Positions 62,761-63,747 of a DNA stretch of 63,747 nt are shown one piece after another (the stretch's first letter is position 1; every line of letters begins with the position of its first letter). The notes beneath the pieces are model-generated. The model had not been told where the DNA came from, ran no database searches, and saw only the letters and a program-made list of their open reading frames with translations. The DNA comes from Carcharhinus longimanus (taxonomy: Eukaryota). The stretch covers positions 54,279,161 through 54,342,907 of the forward strand of contig JASCQW010000109.1 in NCBI GenBank assembly GCA_030264375.1. The letters are read 5' to 3'. Both the position numbers and the translations under genes were made by a program.

Positions 62761-63747
62761 TTGATATCAGAGAATTACTTAGAATGGCTTCTCTTCCCTG
62801 CTCCCACACTGTTACCTCTGGTGTCCCCTAAGGATCTATTCTTTCCCCTCCTATTTCTCACATGAACAGTGTATCTTCACATTGACACCAAGTTGGGAGG
62901 CAAAGTAAATTGTGAGGATAGACTAAACAAATGAGCAGACTATAGTAGTGTGCAATGTGGAGAAGTGTGAAGCCATTCACTTTAAATCTGAGCATTACAC
63001 ACAAGAATAATTTCTCTATGATGAGACAAAGAGCTGTGGAGAAGTAAAAGGATATAGGTACCCATATACATATATCACTAAAATCTAATGTTTAAGTACA
63101 AAAGGTAATCAAAAAGGCTAATGGAATTGTGCTTATTCACTCTTGGGAAAGGCCAGCAATTATTTTTCATTTTTAATTGTCCTAGAGTACCTGGTGGTGA
63201 GCCACCAACACAGGAGTGGCTTGCTGAGCCATTTCAGAGGACCACAAGAATCAACCACATTGCCATGAGTCAGAGGTCACATGTAGGCCAGACTGGGTTA
63301 GGATGCTAGAGGTCAATAGTGACCCAGATAGGCTTTTTCACAAAAATCAGTGGTTTTAAGATAATTGTTAACAAGATCAGCATTTTATTCCAGATTGTTA
63401 AGTCACTGAATTTAAATTCCTTCGGCTGCTTTGACCGGATTGGAATTCATGTTTCTGCAGTGTTAGTCCAGCCCTAGTCTGGCAACATTTACCACAGTGC
63501 TACCATCCCCTCATCTTGTCATTTATCTCAATAAAGTTGCAATTCAGCAGTGTGAAAGTGATGCTTCCCTGTACACGATTCCTGCTGCAGTATTGCATTC
63601 AATTGATGCAGAGCATGGAGGAGAGTTACCTTGACATTGGGTGGGCTATTGTACTGATTCACCAGAATGATAATGGGGCTTAAAGGTGGACAGTTTGTAT
63701 AAAATTGATCTACTCCCTCGAGTTTAGCAAGCCGTAAGGGGATTTAA

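Overview
Vertebrate nuclear DNA from a cartilaginous fish, inferred to be a shark from its HE1-type V-SINEs and HER1/CR1 LINEs. The assembly is gapped. Two convergent protein-coding genes are supported. One is an intronless SOWAH-family ankyrin gene (6313-8082, +, most likely SOWAHA). The other is a PDZ-less Shroom gene (-, most likely SHROOM1), which I reconstructed by hand as 7 phase-consistent GT-AG coding exons from 45532 to 22586 (4548 nt, about 1515 aa, ASD1 + ASD2 domains). The rest is dense with repeats: three tRNA-derived SINE types, CR1, L2 and Rex1/Babar LINE fragments, a solo LTR with a perfect 5-bp TSD, Penelope-type repeats with degenerate hammerhead ribozymes, MITE-like hairpins and a minisatellite. 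Most short ORFs in the track are repeat noise. I found no convincing wholly new multi-gene system. The best leads are an intron-bearing tRNA-Arg(TCG)-like pseudogene, an in-frame TGA/uORF just before the Shroom start codon, a possible mutually exclusive Shroom exon, a V-SINE variant with a Rex1-like tail, and the hammerhead motifs. Family and orthology names come from recalled sequence knowledge, not database searches.
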